Shown here: piece by piece, positions 29,756-39,929 of the stretch
How the letters are laid out: every line of letters starts with the position of its first letter
Numbering within the stretch: position 1 is the first letter of the stretch
Source of the DNA: a bacterium
GTDB taxonomy: Bacteria; UBP14; UBA6098
Length of the DNA: 62,663 bases
Assembly (NCBI GenBank): GCA_023145965.1
Contig: JAGLDC010000037.1
Coordinates: 1-62,663 of the forward strand
Direction: 5' to 3'
The notes under the pieces: model-generated
Told to the model about the DNA's origin: nothing
Database searches by the model: none
Seen by the model: the letters and a program-made list of their open reading frames with translations, nothing else
Position numbers and translations under genes: made by a program

Positions 29756-31443
29756 CAGCCTATAGCCATGGATTTCATGAATTCTTCATTAGTCTTTGTT
29801 GTTAGCACTTTATTCTTAAGAAATTCCATAGCCTCTACCGGATTCATGTCAGCAAGTATCTTTCTTAAAAGCCATATTCTCTGCAGCGAAGTATTATCGA
29901 GAAGTAGTTCCTCTTTGCGCGTGCTCGAGCGATTAACATCCATAGCGGGGAATATTCTTCTGTCGGCAAGTCTGCGGTCGAATACGATTTCCATGTTGCC
30001 TGTGCCCTTGAATTCCTCAAAAATAACCTCGTCCATCTTGCTGCCGGTTTCAATGAGTGCCGTGCCGAGGATGGTAAGACTTCCGCCCTCTTCTATGTTT
30101 CTAGCGGCACCGAAGAACCTCTTGGGTTTTTGTAATGCCGAAGCATCGACACCACCCGTGAGTATTCTACCGGAGTGCGGCGCGACAGAGTTATATGCCC
30201 TTGCAAGCCTAGTAATAGAATCGAGGAGAATCACAACATCGCGTTTGTGCTCGACAAGCCGCTTTGCGCGTTCAATAACCATGTTCGCAATCTGAACATG
30301 CCTTTGGGGTGCTTCGTCAAAGGTGCTTGAAATCACTTCGGCATTCACCGAACGCTGCATGTCGGTTACTTCCTCAGGACGCTCATCTATAAGAAGCACT
30401 ATGAGTTTGCATTCGGGGTGATTATGTGAAAGCGAATTGGCAATTTTTTGTAAAAGCACGGTCTTTCCGGCTTTTGGAGGGCTTGTAATAAGGCCTCTCT
30501 GTCCCTTGCCAATAGGAGTGAGAAGATCCATAATTCTCATCGAGGAATCTGAGGGGGAATTCTCGAGAATAAGGCTTTCATTAGGGTAAAGTGGTGTTAG
30601 GTTATCGAAGAGAATCTTGTGGCGTAGGGCCTCAGGGTTTTCATCGTTGATAGTTTCAACCTTTAAAAGCGCGAAAAAGCGCTCGGAGTCTTTAGGTGGG
30701 CGGATGTGTCCAGTTACAGCATCACCTGTTCGCAGGCGAAAGCGTTTGATCTGACTGGGCGAAACGTAAATGTCATCAGGGCCAGCGAGATAATTATAGT
30801 CAGGGCTACGAAGGAAGCCATAACCATCGGGAAGAACCTCTAATACGCCGCTTCCTGATATGTTCCCCTTAAAAGCTACTATCTTTTCAAGGTATCTAAA
30901 GATAATATCTTGCCTTCTGAGAGAGCTAGCGCTGTCGATATCAAACTCTTCAGCGAGCGAAACCAATTCGTCTATATGCTTTTTCTTAAGCTCTTCGAGA
31001 TTGGCATTCACTGGTTTCCTAGGAATAGAGTGGGGTGTTTTTGTGGGCTCCGACCTCATTGCAACCTCTCTTTCAACGCGCTCACGAGCCTTATCTTGGG
31101 GTTTTGATTGATGAGCGAAGTTCTTCTTATGTATTGGTTCTGTCTGTTTTGTTTTTCTAGGGTCAGGTTTTCTTCTTTCGGGTTTGTCTTTTCTCTCTAT
31201 ATTCTTTTTAATCGGTTTTTCTTCGGCTTTTTTTATTTCGGGCGATTTTTTCTCTTTTGGCTTTTCGGGAGCTTCAGCACGGTGTGATGGCTCTTGGTTT
31301 TCGGGTGGCTTGTCTCTGAATAGGAATATTTCATACTCCATCGGAAGACCATCATGTAAGCCGCTTTTCTTCGGTTTCTTCTCTTTTGAGTCGATGGAAT
31401 TTGCTTCTTTATTTTCCAATTCCATGTCTTTCTTTTTTGGCAT
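29755..31443 (-). CDS. rho: Transcription termination factor Rho with 146-aa K/E/P-rich N-terminal extension
   Basis: Rho_N ([21 protein letters not shown]), CSD RNA-binding domain ([14 protein letters not shown]), Walker [18 protein letters not shown], and the R-loop/Q-loop region. Its stop overlaps the addB-like ATG (TGATG). Confidence 0.95.
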   Translation of the reverse strand: MPKKKDMELENKEANSIDSKEKKPKKSGLHDGLPMEYEIFLFRDKPPENQEPSHRAEAPEKPKEKKSPEIKKAEEKPIKKNIERKDKPERRKPDPRKTKQTEPIHKKNFAHQSKPQDKARERVEREVAMRSEPTKTPHSIPRKPVNANLEELKKKHIDELVSLAEEFDIDSASSLRRQDIIFRYLEKIVAFKGNISGSGVLEVLPDGYGFLRSPDYNYLAGPDDIYVSPSQIKRFRLRTGDAVTGHIRPPKDSERFFALLKVETINDENPEALRHKILFDNLTPLYPNESLILENSPSDSSMRIMDLLTPIGKGQRGLITSPPKAGKTVLLQKIANSLSHNHPECKLIVLLIDERPEEVTDMQRSVNAEVISSTFDEAPQRHVQIANMVIERAKRLVEHKRDVVILLDSITRLARAYNSVAPHSGRILTGGVDASALQKPKRFFGAARNIEEGGSLTILGTALIETGSKMDEVIFEEFKGTGNMEIVFDRRLADRRIFPAMDVNRSSTRKEELLLDNTSLQRIWLLRKILADMNPVEAMEFLKNKVLTTKTNEEFMKSMAIG

Positions 31444-31481
31444 TTCTACCTCTTTCTTATTATGATTGCTTTGATAAAATT

Positions 31482-33203
31482 CTACATATTGTCAGGTGCT
31501 ACAATGCCAAGAAGGCTGAGGCCGAGGGCAAGGACCTCTTTTATTGAACGGCAAAGTGCAACACGCGCCATAGTTGTAATTGGATCGTCTCCAACTACAC
31601 GGTGTTTAGCATAAAAAGGATGAAAAGTCTGCGCAAGTTCAATTAAGTAAAAGCATAAATGATGTGGCGCTAACTCGTCGACACACTTGGATAGAACAAA
31701 GGACCACTGAGCCAGTTTGCGCGCCAGGGCCAATTCTTCCGGTTGATTAAGAGAAGCGAGTTCTTTTCTTCCGAGATTGGAGGGATTATAGCCTTTAATC
31801 TTTGCATGTTCAAGAATACCGTTAATTCTAGCGTGAGCGTATTGGATATAATACACTGGATTCTCGTCCGATTCTTTTCGCGCAAGGTCGAGGTCGAAAT
31901 CCAGATGAGCTTCCATGCGCCGTGCAATGAAGAAAAATCTCGCAACATCGACACCGACATCCTCGATTAACTCATTAAGAGTAACAATATTACCGGAACG
32001 CTTGGACATCTTTATCTTTTCGCCATTTTCGAGCAAATTGACCTGTTGGAGAACAAGAACATCGAAGCGACATTCGTGTTTGAGAGCTTTGATTGCGGCT
32101 TTAATTCTACCGATATGGCCATGATGATCCGGGCCCCAAATATCGTAAAGTCTATCGAATCCACGAAGCATCTTATTTCTGTGATAGGCTATATCGACGG
32201 CACCGTAGGTCAATTCACCATCGGACTTGATAAGAACAAAGGGTTTTTCATTTGGGTCTATCACGGGTGTATCGAACCATTCAGCGCCTTCATTTTTGAA
32301 GGTCAATCCCTCTGCTCTGAATTTATCGAGAGTATCGACCACAAAATTCGCATTCCTGAGTTCGGTTTCTCTGAAAAATTTATCGAATCTAACACCGAAG
32401 TTTTCCAAAGAGACTCGGATTTCGGAAATCATTCTCTCTAAAATCCAGTTTTTTAAAGTCTCTAAAAGGTCTTTGTTGCCGTTTGATTTAATTAGAAGAG
32501 CTACATTATCCGAAGTAAAAGAGGTTAAATCCGATTTTTCGATTATTTCTAAGAGATTTTCCAGTATCTTCGGTTCTTTGTCTGCGAACAGGACGGCCTC
32601 GTTAGCGAGATAATCGCCTCTATAGCTGTCTTTTCCAAATTCTACGGAATAACCGCGTTGTTCTATTATCCTGAGAATAAAGGAAATAGTGAGCTCGCGT
32701 ATTTGATTTCCAGCATCATTCAGATAATACTCACCCTGCACGTCATGACCGACATAGCGGAGAATATTAACTATCGAGCTTCCCACTGCAGCAGCGCGCG
32801 CACTCACAACATTAAGAGGGCCGGTTGGATTAGCGGATACGAATTCGATTTGAATTCGCTCTCCGCAGTTGTCGGGTTTTCCAAAATCACGGGGTTTGTC
32901 GATTATTCTCGCAAGCATGTCCCTGAGAAAATCCAACGAATAATCGAAATTTAAAAATCCTACTCCCGCTTGTTGAACCTTGCTAAAAGAAGAGGGAAGA
33001 ATAATATTTTTTACAATGTCATATCCAATGTCTTTTGGAGATCGCCTAAGTTCTCGAGCAAGCTGGAAGGGTAGATTTGTTGAAAGATCGCCGAATTCCA
33101 TGTTGTCAGGAATGGTTAATTCAGGCATAACTTCTATATGCCACATATCCATTATGGTTTTCTTCAAAGCTTCGATTAGCTCTACATTAGCTTTATACAG
33201 CAT
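31482..33203 (-). CDS. argS: Arginine--tRNA ligase
   Basis: Class I signatures [10 protein letters not shown] (HIGH-type) and KMSKRSGN (KMSKS), plus a DALR anticodon-binding C-terminus. I prefer ATG 33203 ([11 protein letters not shown]), preceded by GAAGAGG and overlapping the rsfS stop. The ORF-track start at 33248 lies inside rsfS. Confidence 0.95.
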   Translation of the reverse strand: MLYKANVELIEALKKTIMDMWHIEVMPELTIPDNMEFGDLSTNLPFQLARELRRSPKDIGYDIVKNIILPSSFSKVQQAGVGFLNFDYSLDFLRDMLARIIDKPRDFGKPDNCGERIQIEFVSANPTGPLNVVSARAAAVGSSIVNILRYVGHDVQGEYYLNDAGNQIRELTISFILRIIEQRGYSVEFGKDSYRGDYLANEAVLFADKEPKILENLLEIIEKSDLTSFTSDNVALLIKSNGNKDLLETLKNWILERMISEIRVSLENFGVRFDKFFRETELRNANFVVDTLDKFRAEGLTFKNEGAEWFDTPVIDPNEKPFVLIKSDGELTYGAVDIAYHRNKMLRGFDRLYDIWGPDHHGHIGRIKAAIKALKHECRFDVLVLQQVNLLENGEKIKMSKRSGNIVTLNELIEDVGVDVARFFFIARRMEAHLDFDLDLARKESDENPVYYIQYAHARINGILEHAKIKGYNPSNLGRKELASLNQPEELALARKLAQWSFVLSKCVDELAPHHLCFYLIELAQTFHPFYAKHRVVGDDPITTMARVALCRSIKEVLALGLSLLGIVAPDNM

Positions 33204-33582
33204 CCTCTTCCCCTTCAACCTCGATACCGATAGTCTCGGAGGGCGCATCAGCCCAATAATCTTCGAGGGAATAAAAATCCCTTTTGTCCGGTAAGAAAAG
33301 ATGCACTACAATATCGAACATATCGATAATAGCCCACGATTCACTCGTCAGACCCTCAACTCGAATAGGGCCGATATTGGCTGATTTAATTTCACTGACC
33401 AAGTCTCCGCCTAAAATCTTGAGGTGTCTTTTGCTTTGAACGCTAGCAATGATGAACCAATCCGCTATCTCTGTGAGGCCCCTAAGGTCTAGGATGCGGA
33501 CATCACGCCCCATCTTTTCAACGATTGTCTCCGCGAGTGCTAACACTATCTCGCGTGTTGTGGGTTGTTCAATTTCTGTCAT
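33193..33582 (-). CDS. rsfS: Ribosome silencing factor RsfS
   Basis: 129 aa with a DWFIIASVQSKRHL...WAIIDMFDIVVHLF...R.FY.LE..W pattern typical of RsfS/IojAP. Confidence 0.9.
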   Translation of the reverse strand: MTEIEQPTTREIVLALAETIVEKMGRDVRILDLRGLTEIADWFIIASVQSKRHLKILGGDLVSEIKSANIGPIRVEGLTSESWAIIDMFDIVVHLFLPDKRDFYSLEDYWADAPSETIGIEVEGEEDAV

Positions 33583-34064
33583 GTTTTATATTTTCCCTTC
33601 AGTTTTTTTATAATTGTAAGGTAGTCGAGCCCGACTACAATAGTCGCATCGACCATAAGCTCGTATCGCTGCAGGATAATTCTATCGTCCGGCAATCCTG
33701 TAAGATAGGCCAGCGACTCAGCCACTGTGGCATTTCCAACCCTATCCACTATCAAACTCGAAGGATACAAATAGCCGCTTTCCTGTTTTATATCTACAAC
33801 ATCGACACCCATTTCACGAAGCAGTTCGGCAATTTTGAGAACGTCTTGCCCTTTTCCACAACCGCCAAAGAGTTCGACCTTGATAGCGCCTTTATCAGGA
33901 ATTCGACGCGAAAAAGGCTCTTCTTTTTCGGGGATTAAGTATTTACCCACAATAAAAAATCCAACGAATGTTAAAACAATAATAACCGCCCAGTCGAATA
34001 CCTTTAATGTCTTCTTTAAGCGTTGATTTTCAGAATGAATTTTATTCTGTTGGGTTTTAGCCAT
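33579..34064 (-). CDS. Membrane-anchored LytR_C-domain protein
   Basis: N-terminal TM anchor, then VELFGGCGKGQDVLKIAELLREMGVDVVDI...DATIVVGLDY, resembling the LytR cell-envelope-related C-terminal domain. Confidence 0.55.
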   Translation of the reverse strand: MAKTQQNKIHSENQRLKKTLKVFDWAVIIVLTFVGFFIVGKYLIPEKEEPFSRRIPDKGAIKVELFGGCGKGQDVLKIAELLREMGVDVVDIKQESGYLYPSSLIVDRVGNATVAESLAYLTGLPDDRIILQRYELMVDATIVVGLDYLTIIKKLKGKYKT

Positions 34065-34074
34065 ATTGGGTGGG

Positions 34075-34563
34075 TTATAATCCTAAAGGTCTATGCCATG
34101 GGTCGGCAAGAAAATCTTCCCCTGAAATAGTCTGTGGCGATATTTTTAAATTGAGTCTAAAAAAAGTGTTATCGTTAGGTCTCCAGTCCAATCTAAAAGC
34201 AGGAGTCAATTCTGTGTGCTTAGAACCATTAAAGCTGACGCTTGCAATATCGAGATAAACGGAGGTCTTAAGTCTCGAACTAAACGCGTAATCAATTCCA
34301 TGTGTGTAGCTCAACACAGAACCACTCGATCTACTGTTAGAGCTATAGCCAAAGCTAAGCCTGCTGTTTTGCACGAGTCGATTCCGCGCGAAAAGCGAGG
34401 CATGACCGCTTTTTGTAAGCGCACAGTTTTCATCGAAGTATTTATTCGATGGGATAATTTCACTTTTTTCAGTCTGCGAATAATATAGGCTATCCTTTTC
34501 GGCGCTTAATGCCGAGAAAGCGATTAGAAAAAAAATACAAATCTTCAAAAATGACAATTTCAT
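34075..34563 (-). CDS. Secreted hypothetical protein (possible small beta-rich OM protein)
   Basis: Clear signal peptide (ALSAEKD), alternating beta-like pattern, its own promoter. No family recognised. Confidence 0.45.
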   Translation of the reverse strand: MKLSFLKICIFFLIAFSALSAEKDSLYYSQTEKSEIIPSNKYFDENCALTKSGHASLFARNRLVQNSRLSFGYSSNSRSSGSVLSYTHGIDYAFSSRLKTSVYLDIASVSFNGSKHTELTPAFRLDWRPNDNTFFRLNLKISPQTISGEDFLADPWHRPLGL

Positions 34564-34603
34564 CGTCCTGAGGGTATCAGATTGGTGGGAATCCGTTTAC
34601 TAA

Positions 34604-34632
34604 TATATATTTATGTTAAAAACTAATGTCAA
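34604..34632 (-). promoter_or_regulatory. sigma70 promoter (TTGACA-17 nt-TATATA)
   Basis: Minus strand: TTGACA 34632-34627, 17-nt spacer, TATATA 34609-34604, about 40 nt upstream of the ATG at 34563. Confidence 0.5.
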
Positions 34633-34746
34633 GGAAAAAATTTACTATTAATCAATGATTATAATAAACTATCTTATTTCGTGGTTCCAAAATCCTCTTG
34701 GATTTAAGCTGGATGAAACGAGATAATTGCTCTGCTAAAATAGTGT

Positions 34747-35154
34747 TTACTTCACTATGGGGATTATAATTCCCTTTTCAGGGTGAGCAAAATATCTCCC
34801 TCCGTCAAAGTCGAGTTGCACCTGAACATTCGCGCCAGTATTACCCTTAATAGCTTTGGCAATGCGCACGGCCTCCTCCTTTTCGTCGCCGGGTATAACC
34901 GGTTTATAGAGACGGACATAAATGGGGAAATGGTTGTCGATTGAATAGCCATTTTGCGAAAGTGAATCGAGAACGAATTCAAGCTCGGGTATTTTTATAT
35001 TGCTCGAGTAATCTATAATAACCTTAGCTGGTTCCGGTTGGCATCGTGGAGTAAAAAATATTAACAAGATGCCCAGAAGAACCCCAGTAGCAATAGCTTC
35101 AAGGAATGGGATTCTCTTTTTAAAGCTATGGCGCATTCTATCTTCAATTGTCAT
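34747..35154 (-). CDS. Membrane-anchored or lipoprotein hypothetical protein
   Basis: 135 aa with a hydrophobic segment ending in Cys (LLIFFTPRC). Overlaps the upstream gene by 11 nt. No family recognised. Confidence 0.45.
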   Translation of the reverse strand: MTIEDRMRHSFKKRIPFLEAIATGVLLGILLIFFTPRCQPEPAKVIIDYSSNIKIPELEFVLDSLSQNGYSIDNHFPIYVRLYKPVIPGDEKEEAVRIAKAIKGNTGANVQVQLDFDGGRYFAHPEKGIIIPIVK

Positions 35155-35875
35155 CGATGCTCCTGTTTAAATATAATATGCCAGCATCGGAAGGAATCGG
35201 CAAAACAAATATGTCTTCGGGAAGCTTATTGTTCAAGGTTTCCTTTTCAATCTTTATCATTATTTTTTCATTTCGGGTGGGATTTGTGATCGTGATCATC
35301 CTTGGCCGGATTATACCATTGCTATCGACAAACTGGAAATAACCGATATCTAAAATCGCTAATCCGTTTTTCGAGAATATTTGAATACTTGTGGGAACCC
35401 ATGCCGACGGAAGTATTTCGATCCTCCTAAGTTCCATTTCTCTCTCGAATACCATTTCTATAGTCTGTGATTCGGTGCTAAAATCTATCAGGTCTCCAGG
35501 CTCTTCAGATAAACCTACCCGTGCTATTAAGGCTTTTACCAGATCCGAGGTCCCAATATCTAATCCAAGAACAGGATTAATGCCGGCATCTTCTTTTATA
35601 ATATAAAGAGAATCCTTTGATGGCAAAAATAACGCCATCGAATCGCCAATCGAAACGGCGACAGCTGGCACAGACCCAACAAAACCGCGAATATTGGCCC
35701 TGAAGCTGTCGGGTGCGGAGTAGAAAAAATCAGCAGAGAAAGAGTTCTTAAATGTGTCTGTCTCTATTTTAATAGAAATCCTACCCGAAACCCGCTGGAG
35801 AAGAGAATCCCTCAAATTAAGCGTATCGATAAGGGCTTTTGAGTCTATTGAAACTTTCTTGAAATCCGTAACCAA
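35144..35875 (-). CDS. LolB/DUF4292-like outer-membrane lipoprotein; annotated TTG start probably too far downstream
   Basis: The body resembles LolA/LolB-fold DUF4292 proteins (family recalled from memory). The in-frame sequence just upstream (35876-35941) encodes a textbook lipoprotein signal peptide (ARSIALFILLLAFFVSC) behind AGGAGGGAGGAG, but with no ATG/GTG/TTG. See findings. Confidence 0.55.
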   Translation of the reverse strand: MVTDFKKVSIDSKALIDTLNLRDSLLQRVSGRISIKIETDTFKNSFSADFFYSAPDSFRANIRGFVGSVPAVAVSIGDSMALFLPSKDSLYIIKEDAGINPVLGLDIGTSDLVKALIARVGLSEEPGDLIDFSTESQTIEMVFEREMELRRIEILPSAWVPTSIQIFSKNGLAILDIGYFQFVDSNGIIRPRMITITNPTRNEKIMIKIEKETLNNKLPEDIFVLPIPSDAGILYLNRSIDDN

Positions 35876-35925
35876 TTGTGGCCCAGCACAGGAAACGAAA
35901 AATGCAAGAAGAAGGATAAATAAAG

Positions 35926-38241
35926 CTATCGAACGAGCGATAAGCTCCTCCCTCCTATTATTCTGCCCCGAGGATTGCGGGTGATAGCCAGATACATTCC
36001 AGATGGGAATTCCAGGCCTTCAGATGTTCGAGCATTCCAAATAGAACCATCGCCGGCGTGAGTCGATACAAGTCTTCCGGCAAGGTCGTATATCTCGATA
36101 GGTCCGGGAGCAGTGATCTTACATGAAGAATTGAAAGGATTCGGTTCCACGCGAATCGTCTCCATTGAAACGGGTTTTTGGGCCTCGTCGATAGAGGTCC
36201 ACTCGAGAAGGTAAAAGAGAATTTCATCCCAATAGGCTTCTCTAGCTTCAGAGCTATCGACAGCGCCGAGGTAGAAAGTGCTGATTATCCTAGCAGATGA
36301 ACCTATTCCGTTGAACACGCCCCTGATAGGGCTTATAGTTGGCGCAGGGCCATCGTGTGAAACCGCAATAGCATCGCCATCTGTTACAAGAAGTTCATCA
36401 ACAAAATGGTCGGCTTCGGTGCGGAAGGCGTAATCGAGAGTGTCGCCTACTACCAACGGATGAAAATTTCGGTAAAGGACAATTTTTTCAATATTACCTG
36501 TTGATGCCGAGAATCCCTCTGCTCCAAAATTGGCTCCAAACAAGGCCATAAACTCCTGTGCGACAGGGCTTCCGGTCGAATAGTCACGAGCATTGTCAGT
36601 GCCTTCCCAGTAAATGCTTCCGCCACCCCCGACAAAATTTATCATGGCTTGAATTGAGGCATCGTCGGGCATGGTGTTTGTGCCAAGCCGGTTTCCAGTG
36701 ACGAAGGCTATTGCGTTAATAGCAGAAAGGTCGATTGACGAAATATCCGGATCTTGAGTTGTGATGCCAGCATCGATGTGGCCGGGGATTCGGTTAAACA
36801 ACCACTCGGCCGGCCCTAGACCCCACGGCATGAGTGTGTCGCAATTATCCCAGTCGATAACGAGCAAATCGTGATCGATTGCCCCTCCATAGTCGAGTTC
36901 GAAGTCAATTATCGTATCACCGAAGAAAACCATTGGGAATGTAGAATCAGGGTCGTATCCCGAATGAGTGGCAATGAGTTTATACATCCCGGGTATAAGC
37001 CCTGTAAATTCGTAGAAGCCGAGAACATCGGTAGTGTCGTATGACACCGAGGAATCACCCATTATTGAAGAAAGGAACAAGATGCTACCTGTATAGTCCG
37101 AAGCGCCAACTAAAGAAACATTGCCGCTGATACTGTTTCCTCCCCCACCACCTGTTGTGTCTTCTGTTAATACTAGCATGATCATAGTATCGCGAGTCAT
37201 AACTACTGTGGCGCCTGCGTTAAAATAATCGTCTCTGCTAGCAATTATGGTATAGGTATCTGACACAAGTGAGTCGAATATAGTCTGTCCCATGTCATCT
37301 GTCATTTGGGAGATAATGAGTTCAACGATTTCTATCTTAGTCAGTGCCAGTGAGGTTGGTGGAGGGAACCCTGTAAGCATTGTTTGCACTGTTAAAGTGA
37401 GCAGAGAATCGGTCGATCCGCCCCCGCCGCCAACATAAAACTGTATTGTGTCAGTAGTTATATTTGGCGTGAGGGCCTTGTCTTGAACCTGTGCGATGGC
37501 GGTTACCCATGTGCCAGCAGCAAATGGGAGTAGTGTGTTATAAGTCACTCTAATTCCATCTACTATAGGCGTGCGTGTAGTGATAAAGCCGATATCGAGG
37601 GTGTCAATCCATAGATGAATATTAAACATCGAGGTGTCGAGCCCTGCTTCATCTGTGGCATCGAAGTAGATCATAGTAAGACTGGTATCTACCGTGTCGC
37701 CATCGGCTGGGAACCAATTAGAAATAATAGGCGGGATAGTGTCCGGCTCGGGAGGTTCTACATCCTGAACGAGCTTAAAGAAGGCAAAATTTCCAACCGG
37801 AATTATCAGGCTATCGATGGTGTGCATTTCTTCCCATACGATGGAGGTATCCAGCGTCATGCCATAGCCTATATACATCTGTCTAATCGAGTCCGATGGC
37901 ACCCATGTAGGAAGCCACGTGGCCTTGATGTTGGGGGCAGTGTAGTTACTAAACTCGGCCTGCCATATATGTTCTGGTTCTGTGTCGGAGCGAAGGTCCT
38001 TGCTGAGGCTAAGCATTCCCCCGCCGGTAGGCATAAAAGAAGCACCGAAGCTCATAAAAGGAGGAATGGCCATACCATCTACTCCAAAATCAAAACCATC
38101 GGTTGCTCCCGGTTGAACACCTAATGTGCACGATGCCCAATCTGTTGGCGTGTCTTCGAAAGTTATAGGTATCCAGAAACTATACCCGAAGGCTATTCCA
38201 CTTAATAAAAAAGCGAGTGAAAGAAGTTTTATTGCTTTCAT
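35926..38241 (-). CDS. Large secreted multidomain protein with T9SS type-A C-terminal sorting domain
   Basis: GGAGG SD and signal peptide. Two Gly5 linkers and a CarboxypepD_reg-like module (GNVSL...GFYEFTGLIPGMYKLIATHSGYDP). Terminal VEPNPFNSSCKI...IEIYDLAGRLV...GMYLAITR...SLVR. Confidence 0.8.
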   Translation of the reverse strand: MKAIKLLSLAFLLSGIAFGYSFWIPITFEDTPTDWASCTLGVQPGATDGFDFGVDGMAIPPFMSFGASFMPTGGGMLSLSKDLRSDTEPEHIWQAEFSNYTAPNIKATWLPTWVPSDSIRQMYIGYGMTLDTSIVWEEMHTIDSLIIPVGNFAFFKLVQDVEPPEPDTIPPIISNWFPADGDTVDTSLTMIYFDATDEAGLDTSMFNIHLWIDTLDIGFITTRTPIVDGIRVTYNTLLPFAAGTWVTAIAQVQDKALTPNITTDTIQFYVGGGGGSTDSLLTLTVQTMLTGFPPPTSLALTKIEIVELIISQMTDDMGQTIFDSLVSDTYTIIASRDDYFNAGATVVMTRDTMIMLVLTEDTTGGGGGNSISGNVSLVGASDYTGSILFLSSIMGDSSVSYDTTDVLGFYEFTGLIPGMYKLIATHSGYDPDSTFPMVFFGDTIIDFELDYGGAIDHDLLVIDWDNCDTLMPWGLGPAEWLFNRIPGHIDAGITTQDPDISSIDLSAINAIAFVTGNRLGTNTMPDDASIQAMINFVGGGGSIYWEGTDNARDYSTGSPVAQEFMALFGANFGAEGFSASTGNIEKIVLYRNFHPLVVGDTLDYAFRTEADHFVDELLVTDGDAIAVSHDGPAPTISPIRGVFNGIGSSARIISTFYLGAVDSSEAREAYWDEILFYLLEWTSIDEAQKPVSMETIRVEPNPFNSSCKITAPGPIEIYDLAGRLVSTHAGDGSIWNARTSEGLEFPSGMYLAITRNPRGRIIGGRSLSLVR

Positions 38242-38269
38242 GCTACCTCCAGTTTATACTTAATATTAC

Positions 38270-38298
38270 AGTATAATACCCTCTTATATAACTGTCAA
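38270..38298 (-). promoter_or_regulatory. sigma70 promoter (TTGACA-17 nt-TATACT)
   Basis: Minus strand: TTGACA 38298-38293, 17-nt spacer, TATACT 38275-38270, about 30 nt upstream of the GGAGG-ATG at 38241. Same hexamers and spacing as the pilM promoter. Confidence 0.6.
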
Positions 38299-38354
38299 GG
38301 GCTAGAATGAAGTTAAGAATATTATCGATACTTGTAAGATAAATAAAATACCCA

Positions 38355-38386
38355 ATAAAAAAGCCACGCGAAAGGAATCACGTGGC
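38355..38386 (-). terminator. Rho-independent terminator after DUF1015 gene
   Basis: Minus strand: GCCACGUG-auuccuuu-CGCGUGGC (8 bp, one G-U), then UUUUUUAU, 22 nt after the stop codon. Confidence 0.65.
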
Positions 38387-38408
38387 TCAATAATTAGATA
38401 TTCAATTT

Positions 38409-39653
38409 CTAATCAAGCAAATGAACGACCATGCCGCTACGAAGTTTTGGCTCGAACCACGTGCTTTTTGGAGGCATAATTTTACTGGCATCAGCAATAG
38501 CTATAAGCTGATCTATGCCGGTCGGGAACATCGCGAATGCGACAGCCCACTTTTTGGAATCGATGAGTTTTTCAAGTTCGCCCAGACCGCGGATTCCACC
38601 AATAAAACCAACACGCTCATCGGTTCTTGGATCGCCTATATTTAAAGTAGGGGCAAGTAAATTTTCTTGAAGAATGGCCACGTCGAGGGACTTAACCGGG
38701 TCAGAGGCATCAAAGGAACCCTCTTTTGCCGTGAGCTTATACCAGATACCATCGAGAAACATGCCGAATTTATGTAATGCTTTTGGTCTGTAGGCCTTTG
38801 CACCCATCTTTTCAATTTCAAAATTCTCGGTAACCTTTCCAATAAAATCCTCTTTACTCAGACCAACGAGGTCTTTAACCACGCGGTTATAATCGAGAAT
38901 CTTCATTTGATTGTCCGGAAAGATCACAGAAAGGAAAAAGTTATATTCCTCTTCGCCTGTGTGATTTTGATTTTGCGCTTTGCGTTCTGCGCAAACACGG
39001 CTTGCGCTTGCACTACGATGATGGCCGTCCGCAACATAGATGTATTCGATTTTCTTAAATTCGTTTCGTATAGTAGTTTCAACTGAAGGATCATCGATAA
39101 CCCAAAGTGTGTGGCGTATGCCATCCTCGGCAACGAAATCCACGGTCGCCTTTTTCTTGATGAATTCGGCGATAGTTCTATCTATTTCATCACAGTGCCT
39201 GTAGGTTAAGAATACAGGTCCGGACTGGGCATTCTGGGTCGATATGTGCTTTGTTCTATCGTCCTCTTTTTTCTTGCGGGTGAGCTCGTGTTTCTTGATA
39301 ATGTCTTTATCGTATTCCTCGACACTAGCAAGGGCAACAAGGCCTACTTGAGTGTGGTCGCACATAATCTGGCGATATATGTAGTATCTCGGTTGGGAAT
39401 CTTGGCACATATAGCCAGCATTGATGAGTCTCTTGAGGTTTATTGAACCTTGTTTATAAACCTCATCGGAATAAAGGTCTGTGTTTTCCGGTAGGTCTAT
39501 CTCCGGTTTAACAACATGTAAATAGCTAAGGGGATTGTCCTTTGCGACGGCGCGAGCCTCCTCGCTAGATAGAACATCATAAGGCAAGCTGGCAATGTTT
39601 TGCGCATATTCTGGTTTGGGACGAAATCCTTTAAAAGGTCTGACATCTATCAT
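38409..39653 (-). CDS. DUF1015-family protein
   Basis: N-terminus MIDVRPFKGFRP...IASLPYDVLSSEEA and 414-aa length match the DUF1015 family pattern as I remember it. ADGHHR motif mid-protein. Confidence 0.8.
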   Translation of the reverse strand: MIDVRPFKGFRPKPEYAQNIASLPYDVLSSEEARAVAKDNPLSYLHVVKPEIDLPENTDLYSDEVYKQGSINLKRLINAGYMCQDSQPRYYIYRQIMCDHTQVGLVALASVEEYDKDIIKKHELTRKKKEDDRTKHISTQNAQSGPVFLTYRHCDEIDRTIAEFIKKKATVDFVAEDGIRHTLWVIDDPSVETTIRNEFKKIEYIYVADGHHRSASASRVCAERKAQNQNHTGEEEYNFFLSVIFPDNQMKILDYNRVVKDLVGLSKEDFIGKVTENFEIEKMGAKAYRPKALHKFGMFLDGIWYKLTAKEGSFDASDPVKSLDVAILQENLLAPTLNIGDPRTDERVGFIGGIRGLGELEKLIDSKKWAVAFAMFPTGIDQLIAIADASKIMPPKSTWFEPKLRSGMVVHLLD

Positions 39654-39929
39654 CTTCTATCCTTTCTTTGAAAATGCAAAAGTCATAAGAAGCAAGATTA
39701 CTTATTCCCTATCGAAATGTCCAGCGCTTTTTTTCCCTATTCGCAAGACCTCATTATTCGCGCATATCGGCGCGAAAAAAATTGCTATTTTATTCGCAAT
39801 CAGAAAAATGGTTTCATTCGGCGATTAGTTTCACCGTCACGGGAAAGTGTAAAAAGAGACTATCTCATTAAGGTCTTTTTAATTATACTTATCGATGAGT
39901 TTTATAAATCATGTTAAGAGGAATGAAAT

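Noticed and set aside
31184-31465. 93-aa plus-strand ORF opposite the Rho N-terminal extension.
   Set aside because: It is a mirror image of the purine-rich, low-complexity coding strand (F/S/G-rich translation) with no start context. It is an artefact of biased composition.
39717-39917. 66-aa ORF (and overlapping 77-aa ORF at 39595-39828) in the DUF1015/CPBP intergenic gap.
   Set aside because: It has no SD site and an R/K/F/I-rich composition typical of translated AT-rich spacer. It spans the TATTCGC repeats, which are more plausibly regulatory DNA.
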